Shown here piece after piece: positions 1 through 12,276 of a DNA stretch of 64,000 nt. Source of the stretch: Felis catus. Lineage: Eukaryota. Position 1 is the first letter of the stretch. Every line of letters starts with the position of its first letter. The DNA lies in NCBI RefSeq assembly GCF_018350175.1, contig NC_058382.1, positions 53,818,001-53,882,000 of the forward strand, in the 5' to 3' direction. The notes under the pieces were generated by a model. It was not told the origin of the DNA and made no database searches. It worked only from the letters and a program-made list of their open reading frames with translations. The translations under genes were made by a program, and so were the position numbers.

Positions 1-354
1 ACAATCATTCTGACTGTTCAGGTCAACTAAGCCTCATTTTCTCATTTCCTTCCTGTGTTGCCGGAGAGGTGTAGAAGGTCAGGAGGCCCGTGCTCTATAT
101 TTGCCCCAGAGTCCCCCTCCTGGAGCTTATCCTCACAGACGGTCTCCCAGCTCTAAGGTATCAGTGACGGTTCAACCTTCTGGAAACACTGTCATATCCC
201 ATCTCTGAGAGGTTGCCTGCCCAGCTCCTTCAGAGCTCGGTCACCGGACTTGGAGGTCAAGATTTTCTCTTCCTCATTCCGGTCTAAACACTCACACCTC
301 AGTGTACCCCCTTCCCCAAGTTCTCTGGAGGTAAGGCTTCAAGGCCATGTACAA

Positions 355-600
355 GGGTAAATTATTTCAATAGCAAGTAAGAGGAAACCTCATCTCAGAT
401 TTGCCTGAACAATAAAGATAACCATTAGATCACGTCAATGGAAGTTCAGAGGTTCTTTGAACATCATGTTCTGGCTCTCTCCTCATTCTGTCCCTCTGCC
501 TGTGCTGGCTTTACCCACAGGCTGATGGCAATATGGCCATGGCAGCTCTTGGCCTATCTGCACACAGCAATGCCTAGAAGACTAATGGGAGTCACTGTGA
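355..600. mobile_element. Degenerate ancient MaLR-type LTR fragment (MLT1J/K-like)
   Basis: Stretch 'ttatttcaatagcaagtaagaggaaacctcatctcagatttgcctgaacaataaag...ggaagttcagagg' resembles the end of old MLT1 LTRs as I recall them; highly diverged. Confidence 0.4.
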
Positions 601-677
601 AATAGTTCTGTCCAGGAGAAAGCAAGCCATATATCTAATTTAAATGGTCTAAGAGTCATATCAAAAAAGTAAAAAGA

Positions 678-1359
678 TGCAGCAATTCTCCCTACTGAGT
701 ATTTACCCAAAGGAAACAAAAACACTAATTCAAAAAGATACACGAACCCCTATGTTTGTTGCAGCATTATCTACAACAGGCAAGATATGGAAGCAATGTG
801 GGGCGCCTGGGTGGCTTGGTCGGTGAAGCATCTGGCTTCGGCTCAGGTCATGATCTCACAATCCGTGAGTTCAAGCCCCGCATCAGGCTCTGTGCTGACA
901 GCTCGGAGCCTGGAGCCTGCTTCAGGTTCTGTGTCTCCCTCTCTCTCTGACCCTCCCCGCTCATGCTCTGTCTCTCTCTGTCTCAAAAATAAATAAACAT
1001 TAAAGATATGGAAGCAATGTAAGTGTCCGCTGACTGATGAATGCACAAGTGACTGAGTCAGGGAAAGACAAATAACACATGATTTCACTCATACCTGGAA
1101 TTTAAGGCACAAAATAAACGAAGAGAAAAGAGACAAACGCACACAAAAAACAGACTCTTAACTCTAGAGAAAAAACTGGTGGTGATCAGAGGGGAGGTGG
1201 GTGGACAGATGGGTGGAAGGTGAAAGGGATTAAGAAGACACTTATCATGATGAGCAGGGGTTAATGTATAGCATTGTTAAATCATTATATTGTACACGTG
1301 ATAGTAATATAACACCATACATTAATTATTCTTGATTTTAAAAATATGTTTAAAAAAAA
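678..1359 (+). mobile_element. 5'-truncated L1 3' end (ORF2 tail plus 3'UTR), interrupted by a SINE
   Basis: 'cagcaattctccctactgagtatttacccaaagga...tatgtttgttgcagcattatctacaacaggcaagatatggaagcaa', then a 3'UTR with 'gatttcactcatacctggaattt', a G-rich tract and an A-rich tail at about 1340-1359. Confidence 0.85.
800..1002 (+). mobile_element. Can-SINE (felid SINEC type), full length
   Basis: GGGGCGCCTGGGTGGCT head, B-box GAGTTCAAGCCC, CT-rich segment, AATAAA tail; perfect 18-bp TSD aagatatggaagcaatgt at 782-799 and 1003-1020. Confidence 0.97.
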
Positions 1360-2789
1360 GAGTCAAAAGAAATAGGTGAAATTAAATTCACCAAAATATA
1401 TTTTATTTAACCCAATATATACAAAACACCAACATTTCAATATTAAATCAATAGTAAAAATATTAATAAGAGATTTTGCATTCTTGTTTCATACTAACTT
1501 GGAGACCTAATGTCTGTTTAGACTCACCATACATCGAGTGCTCAGGAGTCACATGTGGCTGGTGGCCATCCTACTGCACAGCTTGGCTCTAGAATGTTAT
1601 CCCAGAAGAGTGAGGAAGACCCCAGAACACCGCTTCCTATATCCACTGGCCCAGTGGGGTACGACACCCTTCATGGAACAATCACTGACAGGGGAGATGA
1701 TTTCCTTGCAACTAAACCAGCTCGCCTTTGATGCTGTGCATGGAGTAAGTTCCCCCTGAGGCAAATGAGCTACTTAATGAAGATGAGAAACATAAAACAT
1801 AAATCAAAAATCTAAAACATGAGTTTCCTACTGGTGGGAGGTGTATTGGATCCTGGGTAATCCACCAACAATGTCCACAACGGGCTGGCTCCTCCGCTGG
1901 GGTGCTTCACTGACTCTTGGCTTGAGGGCCCATTCTACCCTTGATTTAAACTCCTTTCCACTCAAGAGAGAGATCTGGGAGGGCTGGGGGAGGTTTTCCC
2001 CTCTGTGGGTCCTAGAAAGCTGACAGTGATGTAACAGACCCTGCCTTCCAGCTCCACAGAGATTGATTTAAGAGCCATGTGCCTCATGGGGCTGATCGGG
2101 CCTTTTTGGGTAGAAAACTGCTTTGTCAAATAAATCTTATCCGCTGTTTAAGCAACTTCTTTGCCCTTAGTATCCAAAGGATACTAAATGGTAACTCAAG
2201 TGCTTTCTTCGGTGGATAAGAGAGGCTAAAAAGTATCAAGAGTCTGAGCATGAGGTCGTAATAGTGACAGTTACCAACAATTAAACACGCACTAGGTACT
2301 TTGCATGTGTCACTTCATTTAATTTCCTTAAGAAAGTAATGAGCAAAAGAAAGTAATGAGTAAAAGAATACAAATGGGTTTGTGTTGCTCGTTAGATAAA
2401 TGTGAGCTGCTACTAAATTCCATTTTCTTTCTTTCATCTCCGTGAGGTAGACAAGTATCTGGGGAGTCACAACAGCGGGTTGTGAGTTTGGGATGGTTTT
2501 CTGCGCATTGCTACGGCAAGGACTTGGTGCTCATGAAATAGAAATTAGGCGTAAATTCTGTGAGCCTGAGTCCAGGGCAGTGCTGAATTGAAGATGGTAA
2601 ACCCAAAAGCATATGATTCTTAGGGCAGTGGCTGCCCTCTGTGTTTGCTGTGTTTAGTCAGGTCAGGGGAAGAACAAGCACAAATCCAGTATGTGTTGAC
2701 TGGAGGTGAAGCCCAGATTCTCGTCCTGACCATTTCAAAAGCATGAGCTCTGCTTGCGGCTAGTCCGGGTTCCATGTAGCATCCACCAT

Positions 2790-2930
2790 TTTCTGGTTGC
2801 ATGACCTTGGACAAACGGCACAGTATCTCTAGGCCTCAGTGTTTTCATCTGTAAAATGGGGGTAGTGGCTACCTAATGGTGTCAGGGTTTGGAGTAAATG
2901 AGGTACGCAGGTCAAGCAGTTACCGCCGAG
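2790..2930 (+). mobile_element. MIR SINE fragment
   Basis: Core motif 'tgaccttggacaa...tctctaggcctcagtgttttcatctgtaaaatgggg'. Confidence 0.8.
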
Positions 2931-3793
2931 TTTGTCGTCTAGCAAGAGCTCAAAAATGTAAGCGATCACCAAAAACAATCTTCACCACCATCGCCCCAAG
3001 AACAACGGCAATGAAGCCAAGGCTTCGTTGGATACAAAGTACTTTACTCCAAAACCAACACGTGTACTGTGAACCATTCATTCCTTTGTTGAATATGGCA
3101 TCTGTTAACCAGCTTTGAATAATTTTTTTTTTAATCTTATTTTGTCTGAGAACATCTGTGTCCATCTGGACGCTCTCCTCTCTAGCATTTTCACTTTTAA
3201 ATCTGATGTAACTATCAGATGTTCTTGCACAGATTCTGGAACAGATCTGAGTATTATTGAACAGACATCAATTATACTGATGGCATGAGGCATGTCAATC
3301 TCAGCAGGAAAAGTGACAGCTTCCTTATCATCAAACCAGCAAGCTTCCTGATTAATTTGCTGGTATTGTCAATAACAATTCACAGAGGAGATGGATGAGA
3401 GCATACTGTTCCCACCTCATTCTTCCCTGTTGATTCTCTTCCACTAAAAAAGGACTGAATCCCCCCCCACCCTTTCCATGCCCATTCCCCACATTGTAAG
3501 TGTTATTTGTCCTAAGTGCCCTTAGTAGAGAAACTATTCCCTTCAACTTGACGTTAGACAGGGCACCATCTCTTTGTTGGAGGCTGTGCACTGTTTACTT
3601 TTCATTCAAGAATCAAACTCAGAATGTCTCCCCTTTTTGGCAGGTCCTGGGAAACTGCTTTGGGGATTACTCGGTGGTGAGAGAATATTCAAGACCAGGC
3701 TTCCTATCGGTAGTTGAGTACAGATCACCTACATTAACCTGCTTCCTAGGATCTGTTACATCTATTTTTCTATTGCTTTTAAATAGTTTGGTT

Positions 3794-4002
3794 GGGGCGC
3801 CTGGGTGGCTCAGTCGGTCGGGTATCCGACTTCGGCTCAGGTCAAGATCTCACGGTCCGTGAGTTCGAGCCCCGTGTCGGGCTCTGTGCTGTCACTTCAG
3901 AGCCTGGAGCCCGCTTCAGATTCGGTGTCTCCCTCTCTCTCTGCCCCTCCCCCACTCACGCTCTGTCCCTGTCTCTCAAAAAATGAATAAACGTTAAAAA
4001 TG
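3794..4002 (+). mobile_element. Can-SINE, full length
   Basis: Canonical head and tail; 16-bp TSD tttaaatagtttggtt at 3778-3793 and 4003-4018. Confidence 0.97.
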
Positions 4003-4618
4003 TTTAAATAGTTTGGTTATAGCTTTTGACACAGTCCTGTCTTCTCTTTGCTTCAGTGATTCCCCTTATATCTTATTTATTTTTTTGAAAATGGGATTAG
4101 ATCCACATGATAAATTTCTCTTCTCTGTTTTCACACAATTAGAATATTGGTTTTGTTTTGTTTTTTTGGTTTTGCTTTTTGTTTTTACAACAGACACTAC
4201 ATTTCCCAATGAAGATTTAAAAGTCATTTGACAGACTGAGGTGAATTATAATGGGCTCTGTCATACATTTTGTAAATGTATGAAACTCTGAAAACTATCC
4301 TGTGACACATAATAGTTTAAGCTAAGAATGACTCTTTTGGCTTTTGATAATGAAACCCTCCTTTGCCAGTAATTTCAGGTCTATTACCTACTCAAAAACT
4401 ATTCAAAAGCTATCAATCACCTATTCAAAAAAACCACTTTTTTTCCTAATGACTCTATCCTTATGAATTTCTGCTCACGAAACCGGAGGTTAGCCATGTA
4501 CCCCCAGGAGTTTTAGGGAGTGCCTTTTCTTTCGTTACATACTAGGCATGCCATTAACCTGTCAACCCCAAAGTAAATGGGCTGTATGCTGTGTCATAAT
4601 GATGGTCCCCTCTGCGAT

Positions 4619-4703
<85 letters not shown>

Positions 4704-4745
4704 AGGAAAGAAAGACAAAGAAAGAAAGAAAGACAAAGAAAGAAA

Positions 4746-4793
<48 letters not shown>

Positions 4794-4916
4794 AGGAAGG
4801 AAGGAAGGAAGGAAAGAAAGAAAAAGAAAAAGAAAAAGAAAAAGAAAAAGAAAAAGAAAAAGAAAAAGAAAAAGAAAAAGAAAAAAAGAAAAAGAAAAAG
4901 AAAAAGAAAAAGAAAG
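4619..4916 (+). repeat. Compound polypurine microsatellite (GAAA)n-(GGAA)n-(GAAAAA)n
   Basis: Read directly: about 298 bp of A/G only, apart from two C interruptions (about 4716 and 4734). Confidence 0.99.
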
Positions 4917-5229
4917 CCTGGTATTTGGAGATGACTAAATTATGCCAAATTTGGGCTGAAGGTGACACTGGGGTGTAGTCCACAAAGATGGCCTTATATC
5001 TGTGCTAATTATAAGGAAAGAGAAACAGTCTGTCTCTCCAAAAACAAAGTTTCTGAAATTCCATTTTCTTCTCTATGAAATAAGAATTATAAGCCTTAGT
5101 AAGCATGGGCAGGTCTCTTCTCATCCACCTCAAAAGACTTTATCTGAGAACATCTCCCCCACAAAAACATGAAGGGGGTCCTAAAACCACATGGTGGGAA
5201 GTGAAGTCCCCATTCCCCACCACAGTAGC

Positions 5230-5600
5230 CATGTCTGTTTAGACCAGAAGTGGCCACTTTCCCCAGAAATATTCAGGAGCTGTCTGGACCAATCAGATTC
5301 TCCCCCTTGGGAATATGGAATCAGGACAGAGAAATGCCAGGTCTTAAGATGTGGCCATGGAGAGTGTAAAGGTCACCATGGTACGGCCATGTTTGGACCA
5401 TGTGCAAAGAGGCAAAGAAACCTGCTTTGCAACCACTGAAAGAGAGAGATGACGAGACCAAGGGAAGAGACACCCGTATAGAATTAGACACAAAAGCTGA
5501 CAGGACCTGAGAAGGGAACTTCTCGCTTCTGCCGACAATGTTCCCATTGCTACTGACGCGTGCTGACACCTCCCCTCCTTGGCTTCCAGAAGACCCTGTC
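5230..5600. mobile_element. Possible ancient ERVL-type LTR fragment (LTR16/LTR33-like)
   Basis: Motif 'tggaccaatcagattctcccccttgggaatatggaatcagg' is typical of these LTRs as I recall them; boundaries uncertain. Confidence 0.4.
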
Positions 5601-6689
5601 CTGTACCTTTCATTTTTAAATTTTCTTCTACTTTTGCTCAGGCTGTTCTTTGCCGCTGAATATCATGAGACATAAGGTAAAAGGAGACTAGCATCTAACT
5701 TGCCTTGTACAGTGAATGGCTCAGATTTAACCAAAACTTTTTCTTTCCCTGTACAGGCTGACATGTGACACGCATACGACAGGGGTTGTCCTCTGGAAGA
5801 TGTTACAGCAATATGAGTTTGAATGGGATGAGGTGATCAGTAGGTTTCTGGGTGGCCAGTGAAGTTTAGAGGGGAAAGAATAAGGTCTCTGACTCAGCTT
5901 CTGACGGTGTAACTTCAGCGTGTGTATGTGCGTGCGTGTATGCTTACATGCCAAAAACAATGCATAACGTATGCCCATCCAATCAGTGGTTCAAACTGTC
6001 TGCCTTTCCCTGTCGTTGATGATTCACGCAAGGAATTCTTCCCCCTTCTTCGAGTTTTCTCTTCCTCCTCCTCCACCTCTTCCTCCCTCCAGGGTCCTCT
6101 AAGAGCTCAGGGGAAATAGTGACTCATTCTGGCTCTGCTAGGAGCAGACAGTAGGGGGCACTGGGGCTGGATCATCCAGGATAACGAAGTGATCACACGG
6201 GGATGAGGAAACTGGAGAAAGGAAGTGCTTCATAGACACAATTGCATATACTGGAGACGGATAGCAGCTTTGACACCAGACAAACTGAGCCTAGACGGTG
6301 CGAGGCCTTGATAGTTATGCCAAAGGGTATGGGTTTTAATTCACAAACAAAAGGTCACTTTTGAGCTGACGAGAGAGAAAATCCTTCCGTGAGAGTCAGA
6401 TGTTCTCATCTAGATCATAGTGAGCAGTGAGCCTTCCCGTGGTCGCCAGACTCCAAAGCCAGCCTCCAGTGAGGCTCGCCTCCCATGCGGGATCTGGGCG
6501 GCTCCTATCTCGCTCTTTGACCAACAGAATGTGGCAGAAGTGGCTCTCTGCTTGGCAGCTTTCACCGGGGCTTCTGAGAGCTCTAAGCTGCCAAGTAAGA
6601 TCAGGATAGGAAAGGACTTTGTGAGTTGAAGTATGGTTAAAATGTGATTTATTTGGGCCTGGGAACCGCAACATTAAAGCGACAGTACT

Positions 6690-6902
6690 GGGGCGCCTGG
6701 GTGGCTCCATCGGTTGGGCACAGGACTTCAGCTCAGGTCACGATTTCACAGGTCATGGGTTCGAGCCCCACCCCGGGCTCTGTGCTGACAGCTTGGAGCC
6801 TGGAGCCTGCTTCAGATTCTGTATCTCTGTCTCTCTCCCTCTCTCTTTGCCCCTCCCCTGCTCATTCTCTCTCTCTCAAAAATAAGTAAATATTAAAAAA
6901 AA
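6690..6902 (+). mobile_element. Can-SINE, full length
   Basis: Canonical head, CT tract and A tail; decayed TSD taaagcgacagtact (6675-6689) / taaaatgacagcatt (6903-6917). Confidence 0.95.
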
Positions 6903-7123
6903 TAAAATGACAGCATTGCTCGAGTCATGAGGCGGCTAAAGACACGTGTGCCTGGACTGGTTCCCCCCCACCCCTGCCCTGCAGAGGGAGCTGGTGAGGC
7001 AAAGGCAGCCTGTCACCTGCCTGGTTGTGACTCGGCCCTGTAACCTGCAGACAGGGATTCTGAGGGGCAGCTGGTTGAGTGTAAAAGCGCTGGGATCGAT
7101 TAGTGATGTCTGCTGCGGCGCAG

Positions 7124-8014
7124 CAGGAGACATTCCTGCTCCCCTGGGACCTGTGCGCTCAGACGGAGATGAAGCTACTTCCTCGGGCCTCGGGGACTCG
7201 AAACACGCCAACTCCATAGAAGGTGGGAGAGTTCTGATCAGCCGGCTGACTCTCCCCCGACAGAGCCAAGCGCTGAATGGGAAGAAGAGGGAGCCCCCAC
7301 CTGAAGGCCAGGACCCTCCCTCCATCTCCAGGCCAGCAGGCCGGGCGGCCGCCCGGCCCGAGAGCGGCCCGGCTCTGGTCCAGCGGACGTGAGAGTCGTT
7401 CACCCTGCAGGCTGCCCCCAAACGGCTCTGCCGGGTGCGATCCTCAAGGGCTGACACCAGCCGGGAAACTGAGAGGCCCGGCAGACCCCGTGGCTCAGAA
7501 AACTCCCCGGGCCGCCCCAGCCCCTCTGGAGACCCCGGATCCGCCTCGGCTGACAAGCTGTGAAACCGAGAGGCCAGCGCCACGGCTCTCTGCACACAGG
7601 GCACACAGGGCACAGCATGCGTCCCTTCCGGGGGCTCAGGGGCCCTGCCTGCACGCCCTCTGCTTCCGGGCCTCCCGCCGCCCGGAGGAAAACGCGGCCA
7701 TGTGACCCCAGGTCACGGGCTCAACTCCAGCACGCACGCTGAACACATTGGCCTGGGCGGGGTTTGGGGGTTTTGGGGGTTGTTGTTGTTGTTGTTCCAT
7801 TTGGTTTGGTCTTGTTGTTTTGCATTTTCTTCACAAAGCCTCCAACAACGTGTAAAACAAGACGTCTGTAAAACAACCAAACCCGAGTGGCGCGGCTGTC
7901 CGCCTTCGTTATTCCAACTCTGAGATTGACGGCAAAAGGCAGAACGTTTCAATAAAATAAAAGTATTGTCAGCAAAAAAAAAAAAAAAGAAAAAGAAAGA
8001 AAAGAAAAAAAAAA
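7124..8014 (+). other. GC/CpG-rich segment shaped like an mRNA 3' end: candidate terminal exon or processed retrocopy, parent gene unidentified
   Basis: CAGCAG possible acceptor at 7121-7126; frame open to TGA at 7390-7392; UTR-like sequence follows; overlapping AATAAA at 7951-7956 and 7956-7961; A15 starts at 7974 and an A-rich tract runs to 8014. Confidence 0.4.
7951..7961 (+). terminator. Tandem polyadenylation signal AATAAAATAAA
   Basis: Two overlapping AATAAA hexamers 12-17 nt upstream of an A-tract. Confidence 0.5.
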
Positions 8015-9094
8015 GCATGACGCCATACGGAGAAAGCACTATGATATGATAAACTAGTAAAAAAAAAAATTGATGAAAAGCAGAAACACGTAAGACTGCA
8101 ATTTAATCTTTTTATTTGAAATATAAATATTGTTACTATCAAGCTTGACAGTATAGAAAATGTGTGCCCTGCAGCCTTCTGACAAAACAAAATTTATATT
8201 TAAAACTTCCTGAAATAATACCTTTCATCCATAGGGTTTTGTCACATTGCAATGGCTGTGAGCTTACGGTATGGCCCTGCACCTTTAATTATTTTATGCC
8301 TAGAAGACACATTTTAAATAGAAGAGGCGGGTTACAAGAGTTTTGACAGCTGAAGCTGATTAAAATACTGACAACATGCGCTCTATAGAATTCCCTGAGG
8401 TTTTTGTCAAAGACCCACAGGAAAGTTAAAGATGAGAATCCAAAAAAAAAAAAAAAGAAGTATTTTTACCCACCAGCGTGTAACATTCAGGCCAGGCTAG
8501 TGTCATTTGCTGCCTGGCCCTTGCCAGAGAAACTTTCAACAAAAATTCCCTTTTTCAACTGTTGCAAGGCCACAGACTGAAGAAAACGGGCCGGCCGATT
8601 GAGTCGGCTAATCTGTTTCCAGTTAACAAAGCACAGGGCCTCTTTCCAAGGCCAGCTGCCTCATCTCATTTGCTGAGGGGAAGAAAAACTGGACGGCGAG
8701 CTTATTTATTTATCAGTCTTTTTTTTTTGGTCTTTACAAGGGTGTTACCAACTGGGCTGGTTTCCTGGATCTAGTCCCCACGTTGTTTCTCATTAGGGAA
8801 TGTGACTTTTACAACCCCGATCCAATCACTCCTGTTGCTCCCTGCCTGGGGTGGTGAGCCAGAAGCCACTGCACCGAAGGAGCCATCAATCTAGAGATGG
8901 TCTCTGAAAGGAAAAGGCCTCTCGATATCCGAGGCCTGAATTGTAGGCCTGGATCTTTATGAGCTGGTTGAGTCCCAGGGACACTCACTTACTCAGTGCA
9001 CCGACTTAGGTGGGGTACCTATTTGGGGCAAGGCTCCTGGGGCCATCACCCTTGAGGAGGGCACCCATCTAAAAACCGTGGCCAAATACGATAC

Positions 9095-12000
9095 GCCTGG
9101 CAAAACTGTCCTTCGTAAGGGAGGGAGAGATCAAAAGCACCCCCAGACAAACAGAAGCTAAGGAGTTCATCGCCACCAGACTTTCCTTACAAGAAATGCT
9201 AAAGGCAATTCTTCAACGTGAAATGCAAGGACAATCACAACATAAAACTCACTGGTAAAGGTAAATTCATAGTCAAATTCAAGATACCCGAAGACTGATA
9301 CCACTTTCCTCTCTAGCACAAAAGTTTAAAAATAATCATAGCTACAATAATTTGTTAATGGATGTACAACACAGAAAGATGTAAAGCGTGACACCAACAG
9401 CGTAAAATGTGGGGAAAGGAGAAGCAAAAGTGTTTTTGTATACAACTGAAGGTAAGTTGTTATCAGCCTCACATGGACTGTTGGACCTAAAAGATTTTTA
9501 TGTAAGCCTTGTTCATGGTAACCACAAAGCAAACACGTGTGGTAGGTACACAAAAGATAAAAAGAAAAGAATTAAAATATACCCTTACAAAAAATAAATC
9601 ACAGAGGACGAAGGGGACAAAGGAACTGAAGTTTTTTTATAAAGTCACAAAACAACAAAAGGACAATAGTAAGGCCTTACCTATCAGTAATTACTTTAAG
9701 CATAAATGGGCTAATTTCCCCCAAACAAACAACAAAAAAAAAACAGAGTGGGTGAATGCATAAAGAAAAAAAACCAAAAACCAAAAAACAAGATCCAACA
9801 ATATTCTGCCTAGAAGGGACCCACTATAGCTTTAGAAACACATTAGGCTGAAAGTGAAGGGATGGAATAAGAAGCAAAGGACGTCTCCAGATATTGGCTT
9901 TACCATTATCAAATGGGTCAATTAACCAAGAGGATATATTAATTATAAATATACATTCACCCAACATTGGAGTACCTAAATATTCAACGCAAGTATGACT
10001 AGAACTTAAAGGAGAAACAGACAGCAATACAGTAACGTTTGGGAACTTCAACACTGCACCTGCAGCACTGGATAATCCAGACAGAAAACCAATAAGGAAA
10101 CGGCAGACCTGGATAACACTACTGAATGAATGGGCCCGACAGACATATAGAATATTCCATCCAACAGCAGCACGATACACATTCTTCACAAGCATGCTCA
10201 GAACATTCCTCAGGGTAGATGGTATTTTGGGCCACAGAGCAAGTGTTAACAAATTTAAGAAGATTTAAATCATATCAAGTATCTTTTCTGACCACAATCT
10301 AGGAAACTAGAAAATCAGTAACAGGAGGAAAAAGGAAAATCCACCAATACGTGGAAATTCAACACTATCATCAACAACCAGTGGGTCAATGAAGAAATCA
10401 AAAGAGGGATCAGAAAGTATCTCGAGACAAATAAAAATGAAAACGATATGCAAGAAGTCATGGTGAATGAGTTGCAATGAATGCCTGCATTAAGAGAACA
10501 TAAATTACTCAAATAAAAAACCTAACTTTACATCTCAAGGAACTGGAAAAAGAACTAGTTAAGCCAAAATTTAGCAGAGGAATGGAAATGATAAATACTA
10601 GAGCAGAAATAAATGACATGGATCTAGAAAGATAAGAGAAAAAAAGCGAGAGAAAGAGTTGGTTTTGTGAAAAGATAAACGAAATCCACACACCACTAAT
10701 TAACCAAGAAAAGTGGATTCGAATAAGATTCTAAGCGACAGAGGAAACACTACAACTGACACCAGAGAAACACAAAGGATGAAAAGGGCTACTCTGAACA
10801 ATTATATGCCAACAAATTGAATAATCTAGAAGAAATGGATAAATTCCTAGAAACCTGTAAACCCACCAAGACTGGAGCATAATGAAAGAGAACATCTGAA
10901 TAAACAAAACACTAAAGACTGAAGAGACTGAAGCAGTAAGCATCAACCTCCCAACAACAACAACAACAACAAAAGCCACAAGATGGTTTCATTGGTGAAT
11001 TCTACCATACATTAAAGAAAAAAAAAATTAATGCCAATCTCAAACTCTTCCAGAGGGAACACTCCCAAACTAATTTTATAAGGCCAGTATTAACTGCCCT
11101 GATATCAAAGCCATCTATAGATTCAAGGCAATCCCAATCAAGAGTCTAATGGCATTATTCACAGAAATAAAAAAAAAAACAATCTTAAAATGTGTATGGA
11201 ATCACAAAGATCCAGAATAGCCAAAGCAATTTTGAGGAAGAACAAAGCAGGAGGCATTACTTACTAATTTTAAGCTACATTACAAAGCTATAGCTACCAA
11301 AACAGTACAGTATTGGCACACACAAAGACACATAAACCAATTGAACAGAACCTAGAGCCTAGAAATAAACCCATGCATATACGGTCAACTGATATTTAAC
11401 AAGGGAGCCAAGAATATACAGTGAGGAAAGTATAGTCTTTTCAATAAATGATGCTGGGAAAACTGGATATTCACATGCAAAAGAATGAAATTGGATTATC
11501 TTCTACCACTCACAAAATTGGACCTGAAATGGATTAAAGGCTTAAATGTAAGGCCTGAAACTATAAAGCTCCTAGAAAAAAAAAAAAAAAAAACCATAGG
11601 GGAACAAGCTCCATGATACTGCTTTTGGCAATGATTTTTCTGGATATGAAACTAAAAGCACAAGCAATAAAAATAAAGAGAGACAAGTGGCACCACATCA
11701 AACTTAAAAGCTTCTCTACAGCAAAAGAAACAATCAACAAAATAAAGAGGCAGCCTATGGAGTGGGAGAAAATATTTGCAAGCCATATATAAGATCTCAG
11801 ATAAGGAGTTAATATCCAAAATATATAAGGAACTCACATAACTCAATAGCAAGAAAACAAATAACATGATTTAGATATGGACAGAAGACTGGAATAGAAA
11901 TGTTTCTAAAGAAGACATACAGATGTTAAACAGGTACGTGAAAAGATGCTCAGCATCACTAATCATCATGTAAATACAAAGCAAAACCAGAGTCCCACCT

Positions 12001-12232
12001 CACACCTGTTAGCATGGCTACTATCAGACAAGAGATAAGAAGTGTGGGCAAGAATGTGAAGAAAAGAGGGGCGCCCGGGTGGCTCAGTCGGTTGAGTGTC
12101 TGACTTCGGCTCAGGTCATGATCTCACACTTCGTGAGTTCAAGCCCCGCATCGGGCTCTGTGCTGACAACTCAGAGCCTGGAGCCTGTTTCAAATTCTGT
12201 GTCTCCCTCTCTCTGCCCCACCCCTGCTCGTG

Positions 12233-12276
<44 letters not shown>

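Larger units (their letters stand above)
603..1590 (+). mobile_element. MER33-like hAT-Charlie MITE, split in two (about 603-677 and 1360-1590) by an L1 insertion
   Basis: Left part 'tgtccag...gccatatatctaatttaaat...aaaaaagtaaaaaga' continues at 1370 as 'aaataggtgaaattaa...tattttatttaacccaatatat' and ends 'gtgctcaggagtcacatgtggctggtggcc...cagc', collinear with the recalled MER33 consensus. Confidence 0.75.

Noticed and set aside
756..1088. Recurring peptides such as GAWVAQSV...SSPASGSVLTAQSLEPASDSVS at many positions
   Set aside because: Translations of Can-SINE copies, not a gene family.
2330..2367. Short tandem duplications (aagaaagtaatgag x2; similar cases near 14117, 35675, 37773 and 61547)
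   Set aside because: Ordinary two-copy slippage duplications; no array or repeat-spacer (CRISPR-like) structure.
4548..4983. Long K/E/R-rich and F/S/L-rich ORFs
   Set aside because: Translations of the stop-free (GAAA)n/(GAAAAA)n microsatellite.
7295..7335. PEGQDPP resembles the C-terminus of BOD1 as I recall it
   Set aside because: Only a short low-complexity match; the upstream frame shows no BOD1 domain, so no symbol is assigned without a search.
6936..7705. Overlapping long ORFs on both strands (225 aa minus, 142 aa plus)
   Set aside because: Expected from stop-codon scarcity in GC-rich DNA; no recognisable domain.
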